NCBI GenBank assembly: GCA_963834935.1
Contig: CAWIDS010000001.1
Coordinates: 65,338 to 129,337 of the forward strand
Length of the DNA: 64,000 bases
Source: Candidatus Nomurabacteria bacterium
Lineage (GTDB): Bacteria > Patescibacteriota > Minisyncoccia > Phycocordibacterales > CALRBL01
Direction: 5' to 3'
In this document: positions 49,777-59,805 of the stretch, one piece after another
Layout: each line of letters begins with the position of its first letter
Numbering within the stretch: the first letter of the stretch is position 1
Position numbers and translations under genes: made by a program
Notes under the pieces: generated by a model
Told to the model about the DNA's origin: nothing
Databases searched by the model: none
Seen by the model: only the letters and a program-made list of their open reading frames with translations

Positions 49777-50112
49777 TTACTTGAGGTGCTTCTTGATATT
49801 CTTCCAGTGACCTTTCAATTCCTTGCCCACCAGTTCAATCTCGGGGGCCGCAATATCCTTGACCTTCTCGTATTTCGAGAGGACACTCTCGACAATCTCA
49901 TTATAGTTCTCTTCATTAATCTCTCCTTTTATCTTCTCGAGCTTCTCGACGACTTCGCCTTTGGCTTTCAATGCCCATCCCCTCACTTTCTTCCTGTTCT
50001 TCTTGGCATCTTTGGTTCCGTAAAGGAAATATGCTCCTGCAGCTGCAGCAACTGCAGCCAGCGCTACCCCGACAGCCGTTCCTGATCCTTGCTTTTTATT
50101 ATTTTTTTTCAT
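49777..50112 (-). CDS. YtxH-like small membrane-anchored protein
   Basis: 111 aa. An Ala/Gly-rich N-terminal TM is followed by a charged helical region. Confidence 0.4.
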   Translation of the reverse strand: MKKNNKKQGSGTAVGVALAAVAAAAGAYFLYGTKDAKKNRKKVRGWALKAKGEVVEKLEKIKGEINEENYNEIVESVLSKYEKVKDIAAPEIELVGKELKGHWKNIKKHLK

Positions 50113-50128
50113 GTTTGGATACTTATGA

Positions 50129-50434
50129 TTAATAATCTTCTTCTCTCTCTGCCTTCTTTCGGCGCTTTCTTCTCCTATCGAAGACGTTGCCGATGAACAT
50201 AAGCAAAGCGGGAATTTTCCTAACGAATGCCTGCTCGGACTTCAGCTTTGATCTGAATTCGCGGATATCCTCCACTACTTCTTCGCTTTCATCTTTTATG
50301 ATATCGATAAGCGATTTCACGTCTTTGACGATCACATAGACATAGCCGAGCACGACAGCGGCCATAAGGCCGAGAATCACCACTGCGATTGAGGTTATGA
50401 GGAAGAATATGTCAGATTTTGCTAATTCAGTCAT
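50129..50434 (-). CDS. DUF948-like small membrane protein
   Basis: 101 aa. An N-terminal TM is followed by an acidic helix and a basic tail. Confidence 0.4.
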   Translation of the reverse strand: MTELAKSDIFFLITSIAVVILGLMAAVVLGYVYVIVKDVKSLIDIIKDESEEVVEDIREFRSKLKSEQAFVRKIPALLMFIGNVFDRRRKRRKKAEREEDY

Positions 50435-50441
50435 GAAATGA

Positions 50442-50936
50442 TTATATCACACGCGAAAGGATAACCGCTAACGCTGCCACCGCTGCCTGGGATATAATTC
50501 CTATAATCGGCTGGCCATTAAGATTCTTACCTGCGTGTATCCAAATGTGAAATCTCTGGAGCAAGACGATGGGGCCTTTTCTCAGCTTGAAATATACGAA
50601 TTGAAGGAAATCAGGAATGACCGCACCGGCGGCGCCTGAAAGGATCACTCCTGAAAAATGCTTGTCGCTTGAAAATACGATAAAGACCAGTGCAAAGCCG
50701 AGGCTGATATCAAGGCATATCTTCAAAAGGTCATAAAAGAAAAGGTGATTAAGCTTGAGGTCATTATTGAGCATATTCTTCTCATCGATGCTTGCTGAGG
50801 CGAGCTTGTAATCCCAATGCGGAATGGCATCAAGGACGAAATGGCTTGCAAAGCCCATGACAAAAGCTGTCACAGGATGATCTGGCACAAGGGCGGCAAG
50901 GCTTGCTCCTACAATGGCGTGGGTTGCGAGCGTCAT
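50442..50936 (-). CDS. Membrane-bound metal-dependent hydrolase (YdjM/DUF457-like)
   Basis: 164-aa polytopic protein with His-rich motifs 'SHFVLDAIPHWDY'. Confidence 0.5.
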   Translation of the reverse strand: MTLATHAIVGASLAALVPDHPVTAFVMGFASHFVLDAIPHWDYKLASASIDEKNMLNNDLKLNHLFFYDLLKICLDISLGFALVFIVFSSDKHFSGVILSGAAGAVIPDFLQFVYFKLRKGPIVLLQRFHIWIHAGKNLNGQPIIGIISQAAVAALAVILSRVI

Positions 50937-51072
50937 ACATTCCTGATTCTACCATAAAACACAAAGCCTCCCGAAGGAGGCTTTGTGCGATATTTACTTT
51001 GTTTTGAACTCGCATCTATTGATGTAAGCTCTCACATGCCAAAACAATAGCATATATCGCCGAAAAAAGCAA

Positions 51073-53331
51073 CTATTGAGAAGTTGTTGACGTCCCGTTG
51101 ATCTGGGCGATATAGGCATCTCCCTGCTTCTCGAAGCCCGGCTCTATGGAAATGATGTCCTTTATCTCACTTATCGCTCCTTGCTTGTCGCCATTCTGAA
51201 GCTTCTGGTTTGCGATATTGAGCTTCATCTGAAGGAGGCTGTTCAGCCTGTCTGTCTGCTTGGTGTCGTAATATGCCCTCAACATGCGTATATCTACTCC
51301 ATCGTCAGTATTCTTCAAGGGAGCAAGTATTTGGTCTGCGGTCTGATTATCTCCGGCATAGATCAAGCCGACAGCATAAACGATCCTAGCATCAGTATCG
51401 TCAGTATCGAGCTCGAATGCCTGCTTGAGAGATGGGACTGCTTCCGCGTATTGGCCATTATTGAGATATGCAGAGCCTATCTCTATAAGAATCGTCTGCT
51501 TCTCTGGGCTGAGCTCATGAGCCTTCTCAAGGTCATCTATCGCCTCCTGAAAAGGAACCGATGACGCGACCTCATGAAGCTTGCTGAGATACGAACCATA
51601 GAAAAGAAAATATCGCGGATCGAGGGGAGTTTCCTTGAGCTGCATGTCCATCTCGCTATTGGTATAGGTGACGAAGGCAGATTTAATATCGCTTGAGACA
51701 TTGAGCTCTAATATCTGTGATGTTCCCTGGAGAAGCTGTTCCCTTGCCTCGGCCGTGCCAGCTGAGCCGTAACCAATCGCGGTCTTGTAAGCGGCAAGCG
51801 CTGCAGTGAAAGCTTCAGGCGTGCCGTTCTGCAAAGCATAATTCTGATAGCTTAAAGCATCGATGAGGGTGCTTGCAGCGAGATACGGGATGGCAACGGT
51901 GTAATAAAAAGTGACCGAGAAGACCGCGATAATCGCTGCCGAACCGAGCCAGAGATATGAGCTGTCCTTGATCGGCGTTGCAAGCCATTTCATATCGAAT
52001 GTTTTCTTCTCGTGGAAGTGGACGAAAGCAAGCACAGCGAAGAACAGGATGTAGCTTGTGATGTTGTCGAAGACGAAGATGTTGTGGATGAAATAAGCGA
52101 TCAAAAGCGAAGTCAGGATGACTTTGTCCGAGAAAAGGAAATACCGATGTTCCGAATCAAGCTTCGATTTCCAGATCGAGTAGATGCATGCGGCGAAAAG
52201 AGAAAGGTATGCGAGCAGTCCGAAGACTCCGCCAGCAATCAGCCAATCGAGGAATACGTTGTGCGCCCGATCGAACCACTGTTCCTGGTCATAAATCTTC
52301 GGATCATAATATTTGGCGAAAACATAATTGAAATTATCCTGGCCCCAGCCGAGAATCGGCCTTTCTTCCACTCCTTTCAAGGCGATGCCCCAGATGCCGA
52401 AACGTCCCTTTCCTTCGGTGCTCGCGAACTGCTCGAGCCCCGACTTGTCGAAAGTGGCGAGTGCGGCGAAGCGGGAAAGCAGATCATGCTGCTTGACGAA
52501 GTTGCTCTGCTTGAACGTAGCAAGAAGCCCCGCCACCAGGACAATCGTGACAATGGCTGCCACGCTTCCATAACGGAGAACCTTGTTCTTCTTCTCGAAG
52601 AATGCGAAAGCGACCGAGGCGAAAAGCACGCCGATAATCAAGCCGATAAGGGCTCCTCGGGTTCCCGTATGATAAAAAATATACAAGTCAAAAAGTGTCA
52701 CGGCAGAATAGATTCCTATGCCGGTCCATTTTATCTCCGGATTCGTCTTGTATTTCATCGAGTGGCGAACCAATAGGAAAACGGCAAGGAAGATATGGAA
52801 GAGCATGTATATGCCAAGATAGGTGGAATTTCCTGTGCGTGCATCAATGCGCTCGATTCCCTGACCGAGCTGGTCAAGTCCGTAGAATCCCATCACCACA
52901 CTCACCGCCAGCGAGGTCTGAAAAAGCCTCTGCCAAATCTTCTCGGTCATGACATTCGAGCTTAGCACAAGGAAATAGATGAAAAGATGGACGTGAGTGA
53001 CGAATCCTTCCATCCGCTCGAAATTTGACCAGAAGCTCTTGTACGGATATATTCCGAAAATGTCGGCCACTCCAATAACGACGAGGAATGTCACCAATGA
53101 AATAGTGATGGCGGTTATTTTCGGGCGGTATTTAGGATCACGTATGGCAAGGATGAGATACAGCTCTCCCGCCAGCTCGACAAGCAGCCTGAAGAGGAGA
53201 TTCTTGCCAGTTATGTAAGGAAAAAAGAGAGAAGAAGAGACAACAAGACAGACGAATGGAATTATGAATAAAAGCGAAACGACCGAATAATGCAAGATCT
53301 TGTTAGTATTCATGTCCTGAAATATTAGCAT
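51073..53331 (-). CDS. O-antigen ligase/polymerase-like (Wzy_C) membrane protein with C-terminal TPR repeats
   Basis: 752 aa. About 12 TM helices include the 'RAHNVFLDWLIAGGVFGL' O-antigen-ligase motif. The C-terminal ~250 aa is TPR-like. Confidence 0.65.
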   Translation of the reverse strand: MLIFQDMNTNKILHYSVVSLLFIIPFVCLVVSSSLFFPYITGKNLLFRLLVELAGELYLILAIRDPKYRPKITAITISLVTFLVVIGVADIFGIYPYKSFWSNFERMEGFVTHVHLFIYFLVLSSNVMTEKIWQRLFQTSLAVSVVMGFYGLDQLGQGIERIDARTGNSTYLGIYMLFHIFLAVFLLVRHSMKYKTNPEIKWTGIGIYSAVTLFDLYIFYHTGTRGALIGLIIGVLFASVAFAFFEKKNKVLRYGSVAAIVTIVLVAGLLATFKQSNFVKQHDLLSRFAALATFDKSGLEQFASTEGKGRFGIWGIALKGVEERPILGWGQDNFNYVFAKYYDPKIYDQEQWFDRAHNVFLDWLIAGGVFGLLAYLSLFAACIYSIWKSKLDSEHRYFLFSDKVILTSLLIAYFIHNIFVFDNITSYILFFAVLAFVHFHEKKTFDMKWLATPIKDSSYLWLGSAAIIAVFSVTFYYTVAIPYLAASTLIDALSYQNYALQNGTPEAFTAALAAYKTAIGYGSAGTAEAREQLLQGTSQILELNVSSDIKSAFVTYTNSEMDMQLKETPLDPRYFLFYGSYLSKLHEVASSVPFQEAIDDLEKAHELSPEKQTILIEIGSAYLNNGQYAEAVPSLKQAFELDTDDTDARIVYAVGLIYAGDNQTADQILAPLKNTDDGVDIRMLRAYYDTKQTDRLNSLLQMKLNIANQKLQNGDKQGAISEIKDIISIEPGFEKQGDAYIAQINGTSTTSQ

Positions 53332-53363
53332 ATTTGCCGAAAAAAGTGCTAATATAGCGTCCT

Positions 53364-54194
53364 ATGCAAGCGAATAGTCCTACAACGGTCATACGGCCCA
53401 AAAAGATATTCAGCCTGAAGGATCTCAGCGAATTGTGGCAATACCGTGAACTGCTCTATTTCTTTTCGTGGCGCGACCTCAAGGTCAGATACAAGCAGAC
53501 TTCGATCGGCGTGGCTTGGGCAATTTTCCAGCCTTTCATCACCATGATCGTCTTCACAGTTTTTTTCGGCAATCTGGCTAAGATTCCTTCCGACGGCGTA
53601 CCATATGCCATCTTCGTCTACGTCGGGCTACTTTTCTGGCAATTCTTCTCAAGCGCCCTTTCCGATACGAGCGACGTGCTCATCTCGAATCAGGCGATCG
53701 TCACCAAAGTATATTTTCCGAGGCTTCTCTTGCCTATCTCAAGCGTCATCACCAAGCTTGTCGACTTCGCCATCGCTTCGGTCATCCTTGTTGGCTTGAT
53801 GGTGTATTACGGATATGCGCCGCACCTCTCCGGACTTCTGATTCTTCCGCTGCTTCTCGTCATCTCATTCATGGCATCAGTCGGCGGCGGATTAATACTT
53901 GCATCTGTGAATGTAAAATACCGAGACGTCCGCTACGCACTTCCCTTTTTCATACAGATCCTGCTTTTCGTCACGCCGGTCATCTATTCTTCAAGCATTG
54001 TCGGAAAATATTCCTGGATACTGGCCATTAACCCGATGTCGGGAGTGATACAAAGCGCCCGCGCTGCCCTTCTCGGCACCGCACCGATAAACTGGAACCT
54101 GATCGGCATATCATTCCTGGCGACGACCCTGCTCATGATCGGTGGCATCTATTTCTTCAAAAAGACTGAACAGTATTTCGCTGACATCATATAA
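53364..54194 (+). CDS. wzm: ABC-2 type polysaccharide exporter permease (Wzm/TagG/KpsM-like)
   Basis: 276 aa with the ABC-2 topology 6-TM permease signature. Confidence 0.8.
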   Translation: MQANSPTTVIRPKKIFSLKDLSELWQYRELLYFFSWRDLKVRYKQTSIGVAWAIFQPFITMIVFTVFFGNLAKIPSDGVPYAIFVYVGLLFWQFFSSALSDTSDVLISNQAIVTKVYFPRLLLPISSVITKLVDFAIASVILVGLMVYYGYAPHLSGLLILPLLLVISFMASVGGGLILASVNVKYRDVRYALPFFIQILLFVTPVIYSSSIVGKYSWILAINPMSGVIQSARAALLGTAPINWNLIGISFLATTLLMIGGIYFFKKTEQYFADII

Positions 54195-54203
54195 ATACGA
54201 GCA

Positions 54204-55460
54204 ATGGAAAAAGCAATCATCGAAGTAAAGAATATCGGAAAGAAATATAATATCTCGCATCAGCGTGGCGGCTATGTCGCCTTGCGCGATGTCATCGCTG
54301 GCGTTTTCAAGACGCCGTTCAAATTCCTCAAGCAGAAGGTCAAACAAGTGACAGGCTTCAAGACTAAAGAAGAATTCTGGGCGCTCAAAGGCGTCAACTT
54401 CGAGATCAAGAAGGGTGAAGTAGTCGGCATCATCGGCAGGAACGGCGCGGGCAAGTCGACCCTTCTGAAGATACTTTCCCAGATCACCCCTCCCACTGAA
54501 GGGGAAATAAAGATTTACGGCCGCGTCGGCTCGCTGCTCGAAGTAGGCACCGGCTTTCACCCTGAACTTACCGGCCGCGAGAATATCTTTCTCAACGGCG
54601 CCATCCTCGGCATGACGAAGAAAGAAATCGTTCGAAAATTCGACGAGATCGTCGCCTTCGCCGGTATTGATCGCTTCCTTGATACTCCCGTCAAACATTA
54701 CTCAAGCGGAATGTACGTGCGTCTCGCTTTCTCCGTCGCTGCCCACATGGAGCCGGATATTCTTATTATCGACGAAGTGCTTGCCGTCGGAGACGCCGAA
54801 TTCCAGAAGAAATGCCTCGGCAAGATGGAAGAGATCACCAAGGGCGAAGGACGTACCATCCTTTTCGTCAGCCACAACATGGGAGCGGTCCAGCAGCTTT
54901 GCAAGAAATCGATCCTGCTCAAGGAAGGCAAAGTAGATTATATCGGCCCGACCGAGACTGCCATCTCGAAATACATGGATGCCTCACTGAACAAGGACTC
55001 GGGAAAAATGGATTTGAGAAAATTCAACGGCAGCCTTTCAAGCAAGGCATCTTTCACCGACATTTATATAAATGACGGCGATGGATTCGCCAATATAAAA
55101 CCTTCTTCAGCAATCACCATCAAGGCGAAAGGTGAGATAATTGAAGAAATCGAGCTGTTCAACGTCTCTTTCTCAGTTTATGCGAAAGGAATAAGGCTTT
55201 TCACTACGGAAGATGTCGAGACTCCTTCAACAATCAAGAAAGGCTTGTTCGAATCGGAAATTGTCATTCCTGCATACATGCTCCGACCCGGAAATTATTC
55301 CATCGGCCTTGGCGGTTGGAACGAACGGGGCGATTGGCTCTACGCCGAAGATGTCGGGCATTTCAATATCCTTGAGGAATGGGACATGGCGAATAAAGAG
55401 GCCCATTTCGGCATCATCAATATTCCCGTAAAAGGAAAACGTACTATCCATGAAAAATGA
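54204..55460 (+). CDS. wzt: Polysaccharide ABC exporter ATPase (Wzt/TagH-like) with a ~170-aa C-terminal extension that may be a carbohydrate-binding module
   Basis: 418 aa. Walker A 'GRNGAGKST', signature 'YSSGMYVRLAF' and Walker B 'ILIIDEVLAVGD' are followed by an extra C-terminal domain. Confidence 0.8.
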   Translation: MEKAIIEVKNIGKKYNISHQRGGYVALRDVIAGVFKTPFKFLKQKVKQVTGFKTKEEFWALKGVNFEIKKGEVVGIIGRNGAGKSTLLKILSQITPPTEGEIKIYGRVGSLLEVGTGFHPELTGRENIFLNGAILGMTKKEIVRKFDEIVAFAGIDRFLDTPVKHYSSGMYVRLAFSVAAHMEPDILIIDEVLAVGDAEFQKKCLGKMEEITKGEGRTILFVSHNMGAVQQLCKKSILLKEGKVDYIGPTETAISKYMDASLNKDSGKMDLRKFNGSLSSKASFTDIYINDGDGFANIKPSSAITIKAKGEIIEEIELFNVSFSVYAKGIRLFTTEDVETPSTIKKGLFESEIVIPAYMLRPGNYSIGLGGWNERGDWLYAEDVGHFNILEEWDMANKEAHFGIINIPVKGKRTIHEK

Positions 55461-56916
55461 GAATTCAAAAAAAGTGGCATTGGTGACGCTTGTCACCGGC
55501 GAAGAATACAGCAAACTCTATTACGAGCACTTCTTCCCTTCGCACCAGCGATTCGCCAAGAAGCACGGACTTGACCTGATCGTGCTCAAAGACCGCATCG
55601 ACAAGAGCGAATACGGCATGGCTCGTCACCCTTCATGGCAGAAGCTGCTCATCTTCCAAGCGCCGGAGACTGCAGGCTACGAAAGGCTGTGCTGGATTGA
55701 TGCCGACATCTATATCACCTATCATGCCAAGAACCCTTTCTTTGAGGTGAAAAAAGGCTATTGGGGCGCTGTCAGGAACAATCCCTTCGGTTTCGACTAT
55801 CTCAACAAGACTGATCTCGAGCTGTACGCTTTCTGTCCGACAGAAAACAGGCCTTTATATATATTGAATGGCGGATTCTTCGTCGTTGAAAAATCGGAGC
55901 ATCAAGCCCTCTTTGAAAAGGTCTACAAAGATTACCCTGAACAGCCATGCTACGAGCAAGGTCCGCTTTCATACCACCTGATCAACGAGAAGAAAGGCGT
56001 CGAGCTTCCGCCTTCTTGGAATTGCATCCAGCCGAATTATTTTAATTTTCATCAATCCCAGAACAAGATCGTCCGGATATTCAATTTCGTCATGGAAAAT
56101 GATTTCATACATTTCTGCGGAGGAATCAATTGGAAGATATTCCGAACGGCCAGTTTTCTCGACAATACGCTGGCTGACTTCGATACCATCTCTAAAACCA
56201 GATTCATGAGAAAGGTAGGAAAGGTGTATTCGAGAATCCTGGAAAAATTAAGCAAGTTGGAGCGAAAGAACGAAGATGAAGAGAAACTCGAAACGTATCA
56301 CGCTGAAAATGCGCGGCTTGAGAATGAATTCGATTCCCTTCCGCCGCCCAAAAAGCTCCATTTCGGCTGCGGGCCGCGCGTGCTCAAAGGCTGGATCAAC
56401 ATTGATCTTTTCTTTGAGCCATACGAACAATACATGAAAAGCTATACGGCTGAATTTTACGGAGAGGAGATGCGTGGAAGCCGGAATGAGTTCTATGCGA
56501 TCGATATCATCAAGACCGGTCTGAATCTTCCGGATAATTCCGTCGATGTAATCTTCCACGAGGATTTCATCGAGCATCTGAGCGAAAAGGAGCAGGTCAT
56601 ATTCCTCGCGGAAACTTTGCGCGTTCTCAAACCCGGCGGGATCCACCGCATCAACACGCCTGAGCTTCTCATGGCTATGAAAAAATCCCGCTTTGCAGAA
56701 GGTAAAGCCGGCGTCTACGAAGCGGAATGGAATAATCACGGCCATTTCAACATCCTAACCAAACGGAACATGGAAGAACTTGCGCGCATGGTCGGATATT
56801 CGAGTATAGTATTCAATTCAAGAAATAATAGTACGTCGAAAATGATCCCTAAAGAATACAGACCAGCACCAGACAGACCAGAGGATGGAAATATTTTTGC
56901 TGATCTCATTAAATAA
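55450..56916 (+). CDS. Bifunctional GT-A-like glycosyltransferase (N-terminal) and class I SAM-dependent methyltransferase (C-terminal)
   Basis: 488 aa. The N-terminus has 'ALVTLVTGEEY...CWIDADIYI' (DxD). The C-terminus has 'LHFGCGPRVLKGWINIDL', 'EDFIEHL' and 'LRVLKPGG' methyltransferase motifs. Confidence 0.6.
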   Translation: MKNENSKKVALVTLVTGEEYSKLYYEHFFPSHQRFAKKHGLDLIVLKDRIDKSEYGMARHPSWQKLLIFQAPETAGYERLCWIDADIYITYHAKNPFFEVKKGYWGAVRNNPFGFDYLNKTDLELYAFCPTENRPLYILNGGFFVVEKSEHQALFEKVYKDYPEQPCYEQGPLSYHLINEKKGVELPPSWNCIQPNYFNFHQSQNKIVRIFNFVMENDFIHFCGGINWKIFRTASFLDNTLADFDTISKTRFMRKVGKVYSRILEKLSKLERKNEDEEKLETYHAENARLENEFDSLPPPKKLHFGCGPRVLKGWINIDLFFEPYEQYMKSYTAEFYGEEMRGSRNEFYAIDIIKTGLNLPDNSVDVIFHEDFIEHLSEKEQVIFLAETLRVLKPGGIHRINTPELLMAMKKSRFAEGKAGVYEAEWNNHGHFNILTKRNMEELARMVGYSSIVFNSRNNSTSKMIPKEYRPAPDRPEDGNIFADLIK

Positions 56917-57735
56917 ATGAATAGGATAAAGAAGATATTGCCGGCCGGAATAAAGAATTTTCTCAAAGGAGTCATTTCCTTTTTCCGCGCCTCAGTGGAC
57001 CTGATAAAAAGAAGGAAGAGGCGATTCTTGCGTACATTTTCAAAAAACAGCGAGGCCGGATACTCATTTGCCATCCTTGCCGTCAAAAAGACCGCCTACA
57101 TCGACATGGCGATAGACAACATCAATTCCCTTCACTATATCAATCCGAATCATCACGTAACCCTTTACTGCGATACTGCCTGCTTGGAATATGTCTCAGG
57201 GAAAAAAGATAAGCTTGATTACCCACAAAAGGTCGCGATCATAGACTCATACGGAAAAGAAGACAGGCCGTGGCAAGAAAGCAAGATCGATACCTTGATC
57301 GATGCCAGCCGCAAAGGAATGATACTGACTGATGCCGACGGCATATGGCATGAGGATCCAATTGTCGACCCGGAAAAAATAACCATGCTCGTCATCGTCA
57401 ACAAGATAAAGGAAAAGGTGGACGAGCTGCAGCTCGTCGAGACTCTCTTCAAGAAAGAATGGGGCGATTTCACCCATTATGTGACAGGATTCGTCTCTAT
57501 CCCATCACGACTAATGACGGAAGAAGTCGCCGCTGACATGAGATCATTCAACGCGCTCATTTTCACCGAAGGAAAGGGCTTGAAAAGGCTTTCGGAAGAG
57601 CTCTCCATAAATCTCGCTCTGCAATCTCACTATCCCGCAGAGCTTTTCTCGACGCTGAAGGACGAAGATGGTCCGGGAAGCACCTCATCTCTTCAATCGC
57701 TTTATTACGGCTGCCTCAATGAGATAACCGAATAA
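56917..57735 (+). CDS. Hypothetical protein, possible nucleotide-sugar transferase-like
   Basis: 272 aa with a 'LTDADGIW' DxD-like motif. Otherwise unrecognised. Confidence 0.35.
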   Translation: MNRIKKILPAGIKNFLKGVISFFRASVDLIKRRKRRFLRTFSKNSEAGYSFAILAVKKTAYIDMAIDNINSLHYINPNHHVTLYCDTACLEYVSGKKDKLDYPQKVAIIDSYGKEDRPWQESKIDTLIDASRKGMILTDADGIWHEDPIVDPEKITMLVIVNKIKEKVDELQLVETLFKKEWGDFTHYVTGFVSIPSRLMTEEVAADMRSFNALIFTEGKGLKRLSEELSINLALQSHYPAELFSTLKDEDGPGSTSSLQSLYYGCLNEITE

Positions 57736-57736
57736 T

Positions 57737-58621
57737 ATGGATAAGCTTCAAAAAAAGATACATAACCGCATGATCCGCATCAGGAAATTCCTTGTCGCTC
57801 ATTCGGGCAATCCGAGGCCTTCCAGCTATCCGTATGTCAGCGGCGATACTTTCCGGGCCATCGCGGATCATATTCATGATGACCTGAAGACAGTTGATAC
57901 TTCAAAAGTAAAAGAAGCTGATATTATTTTCGTCAAAATATCATATATAAAAGAATTCTTTGAAAAGATCCATCCTCACATAAAATTTCCATATAAGCTC
58001 ATCACTCACAATGGCGATATCCTGATCGACGAAAAGTTGTCGACATACGCGGACGAAAAAATCATCAAGTGGTATGGGCAGAATGTCACGATAAATCATC
58101 CTAGGATCGTTCCGCTGCCGATCGGCCTCGAGAATATCTCCTACTGCAACAGTGGCCTGCCTAAATATTTCAATCGGCTCAGGATAAAGAGCCTGCCTAA
58201 AAAAAATCGAATACTCTTCGGCTTCAATATCATGACCAACAAGGAAAAGCGTCAGCAAGCGGAAAATGTCCTACTCTTCCTTCCCGTCGCCGACAAGATA
58301 CAAGGCTGGCCCGGAGCGAAAAAATATCTCGAACTTGCGGCATCGTACGCTTTTGTCGCTTCTCCCGAAGGCAACGGTATCGACTGCCACCGCACGTGGG
58401 AAGCCCTTTATCTTGGTGCTGTCCCCATCGTCACCTCTTCGCCGGTAACTGAGCACTTCAAAAGCATTGGATTCCCTCTTTTTGTGATCAAGGATTGGAA
58501 AGAGCTGTGTGGACTTACTGAAAATGATCTGAAAAAAAAATATCACGAGCTTCAGGATTCATTTGACAAAAGCCTCCTTCGAGCCGATTATTGGTTTAAT
58601 CTCATATGCCCGAAAAAATGA
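57737..58621 (+). CDS. Exostosin-like (GT47-like) glycosyltransferase
   Basis: 294 aa. The C-terminal motif 'FVASPEGNGIDCHRTWEALYLGAVPIV' is typical of the exostosin family. Confidence 0.45.
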   Translation: MDKLQKKIHNRMIRIRKFLVAHSGNPRPSSYPYVSGDTFRAIADHIHDDLKTVDTSKVKEADIIFVKISYIKEFFEKIHPHIKFPYKLITHNGDILIDEKLSTYADEKIIKWYGQNVTINHPRIVPLPIGLENISYCNSGLPKYFNRLRIKSLPKKNRILFGFNIMTNKEKRQQAENVLLFLPVADKIQGWPGAKKYLELAASYAFVASPEGNGIDCHRTWEALYLGAVPIVTSSPVTEHFKSIGFPLFVIKDWKELCGLTENDLKKKYHELQDSFDKSLLRADYWFNLICPKK

Positions 58622-59805
58622 AGCCTCGTCTCTCCATAATAATGCCCTGCTATAATTGCGCCTCGACGCTTGAGGAATCGCTCGATTCCGCATATGCGCA
58701 GGCCCTCACCATTCCTTTCGAGATAATAATGGTGGATGACGGATCGACTGACAAGACAGCAGGATTGATAAAAAAGCTCGCTTCGAAGCATCCGGAAATA
58801 AAGACACTCGCGCATGAAATAAATCGCGGCGGGGGAGCGGCGCGAAATACCGGCATCAAGAACTCTTCCGGAGAGCTGATTTTCTGCCTCGATAGTGATA
58901 ATGTGCTCGGTCCGGGATCGCTCAATGCCCTGATCTCCTATCTCTCAGAAAAGAAGGCGGACGCTGTTGCTTTCGGCGAGCGTCGCTTCTTCATCGGCAA
59001 TAACCTCAGCAAATTCCGCGCCGAGAAATATCCCGTCACAAGCGAACCTTTCCCTTTTATCGGCCTCTTCAAGGAAAAGGCCGTTCTCCTTGATAATTTT
59101 CTTTTTACCAAGGAATCATTCCTCCGCACTGAGGGTTATCCCGAACATCACGGCTTCGATACCCAATGCTTCGAGATCCGTTATCTTTTATCGGGAGCCA
59201 AGCTGTATATTGTTCCTGATGCAATCTTCTACCATCGACAGGTTGGAGGCAAGAAATCATATTTTGAGAGAGTGTATGAATCAGGAGAATTTTCCAAGAA
59301 CTTCTATCTCATATATGAGGATTTATTTTGTCTTTTTTCTCCTGAAACGAGGAAAGCAATAATCAATTTCAACATCTTCAGGCAGAATACCTTGGACGAC
59401 CAAAGCCTTCCAAAGATGATAGAAAAGCTTTACATGAAAGATCCCGGCAGCTTTCTCGTCAAAAATTACGAAAAATTCACGGCGCCGTCTGCCTTTGAAG
59501 ATACGATCGATGGACTCTTCTGCAAGGCGATATTTCTCTACAAAGACAAAAAATTTAAGGAAGCTCTCGATTGCTACGCTACATTGGCTGAAAAAGGGCT
59601 CGATACGCCAATCCTTCACTTCAACATGTTGAGAAATACCTTGGCCCTCGCCTATCCCAATGACCTCGTCTCCATTGAAAAAAGGGTTTCAGCCGTTCTC
59701 GATTCCATGAGCGTCAAAAGAAGGAGAATCGACATGAGGAATGGTATTATAAGGAGAATAATTAATAAGATAAAAAATGAATACGACAAGACTGCAGAAA
59801 ATTAA
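58606..59805 (+). CDS. GT2 family glycosyltransferase with a C-terminal TPR-like region
   Basis: 399 aa. GT-A motifs 'SIIMPCYNCASTLEESL', 'MVDDGSTDKT' and 'DSDN' are present. Confidence 0.75.
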   Translation: MPEKMKPRLSIIMPCYNCASTLEESLDSAYAQALTIPFEIIMVDDGSTDKTAGLIKKLASKHPEIKTLAHEINRGGGAARNTGIKNSSGELIFCLDSDNVLGPGSLNALISYLSEKKADAVAFGERRFFIGNNLSKFRAEKYPVTSEPFPFIGLFKEKAVLLDNFLFTKESFLRTEGYPEHHGFDTQCFEIRYLLSGAKLYIVPDAIFYHRQVGGKKSYFERVYESGEFSKNFYLIYEDLFCLFSPETRKAIINFNIFRQNTLDDQSLPKMIEKLYMKDPGSFLVKNYEKFTAPSAFEDTIDGLFCKAIFLYKDKKFKEALDCYATLAEKGLDTPILHFNMLRNTLALAYPNDLVSIEKRVSAVLDSMSVKRRRIDMRNGIIRRIINKIKNEYDKTAEN

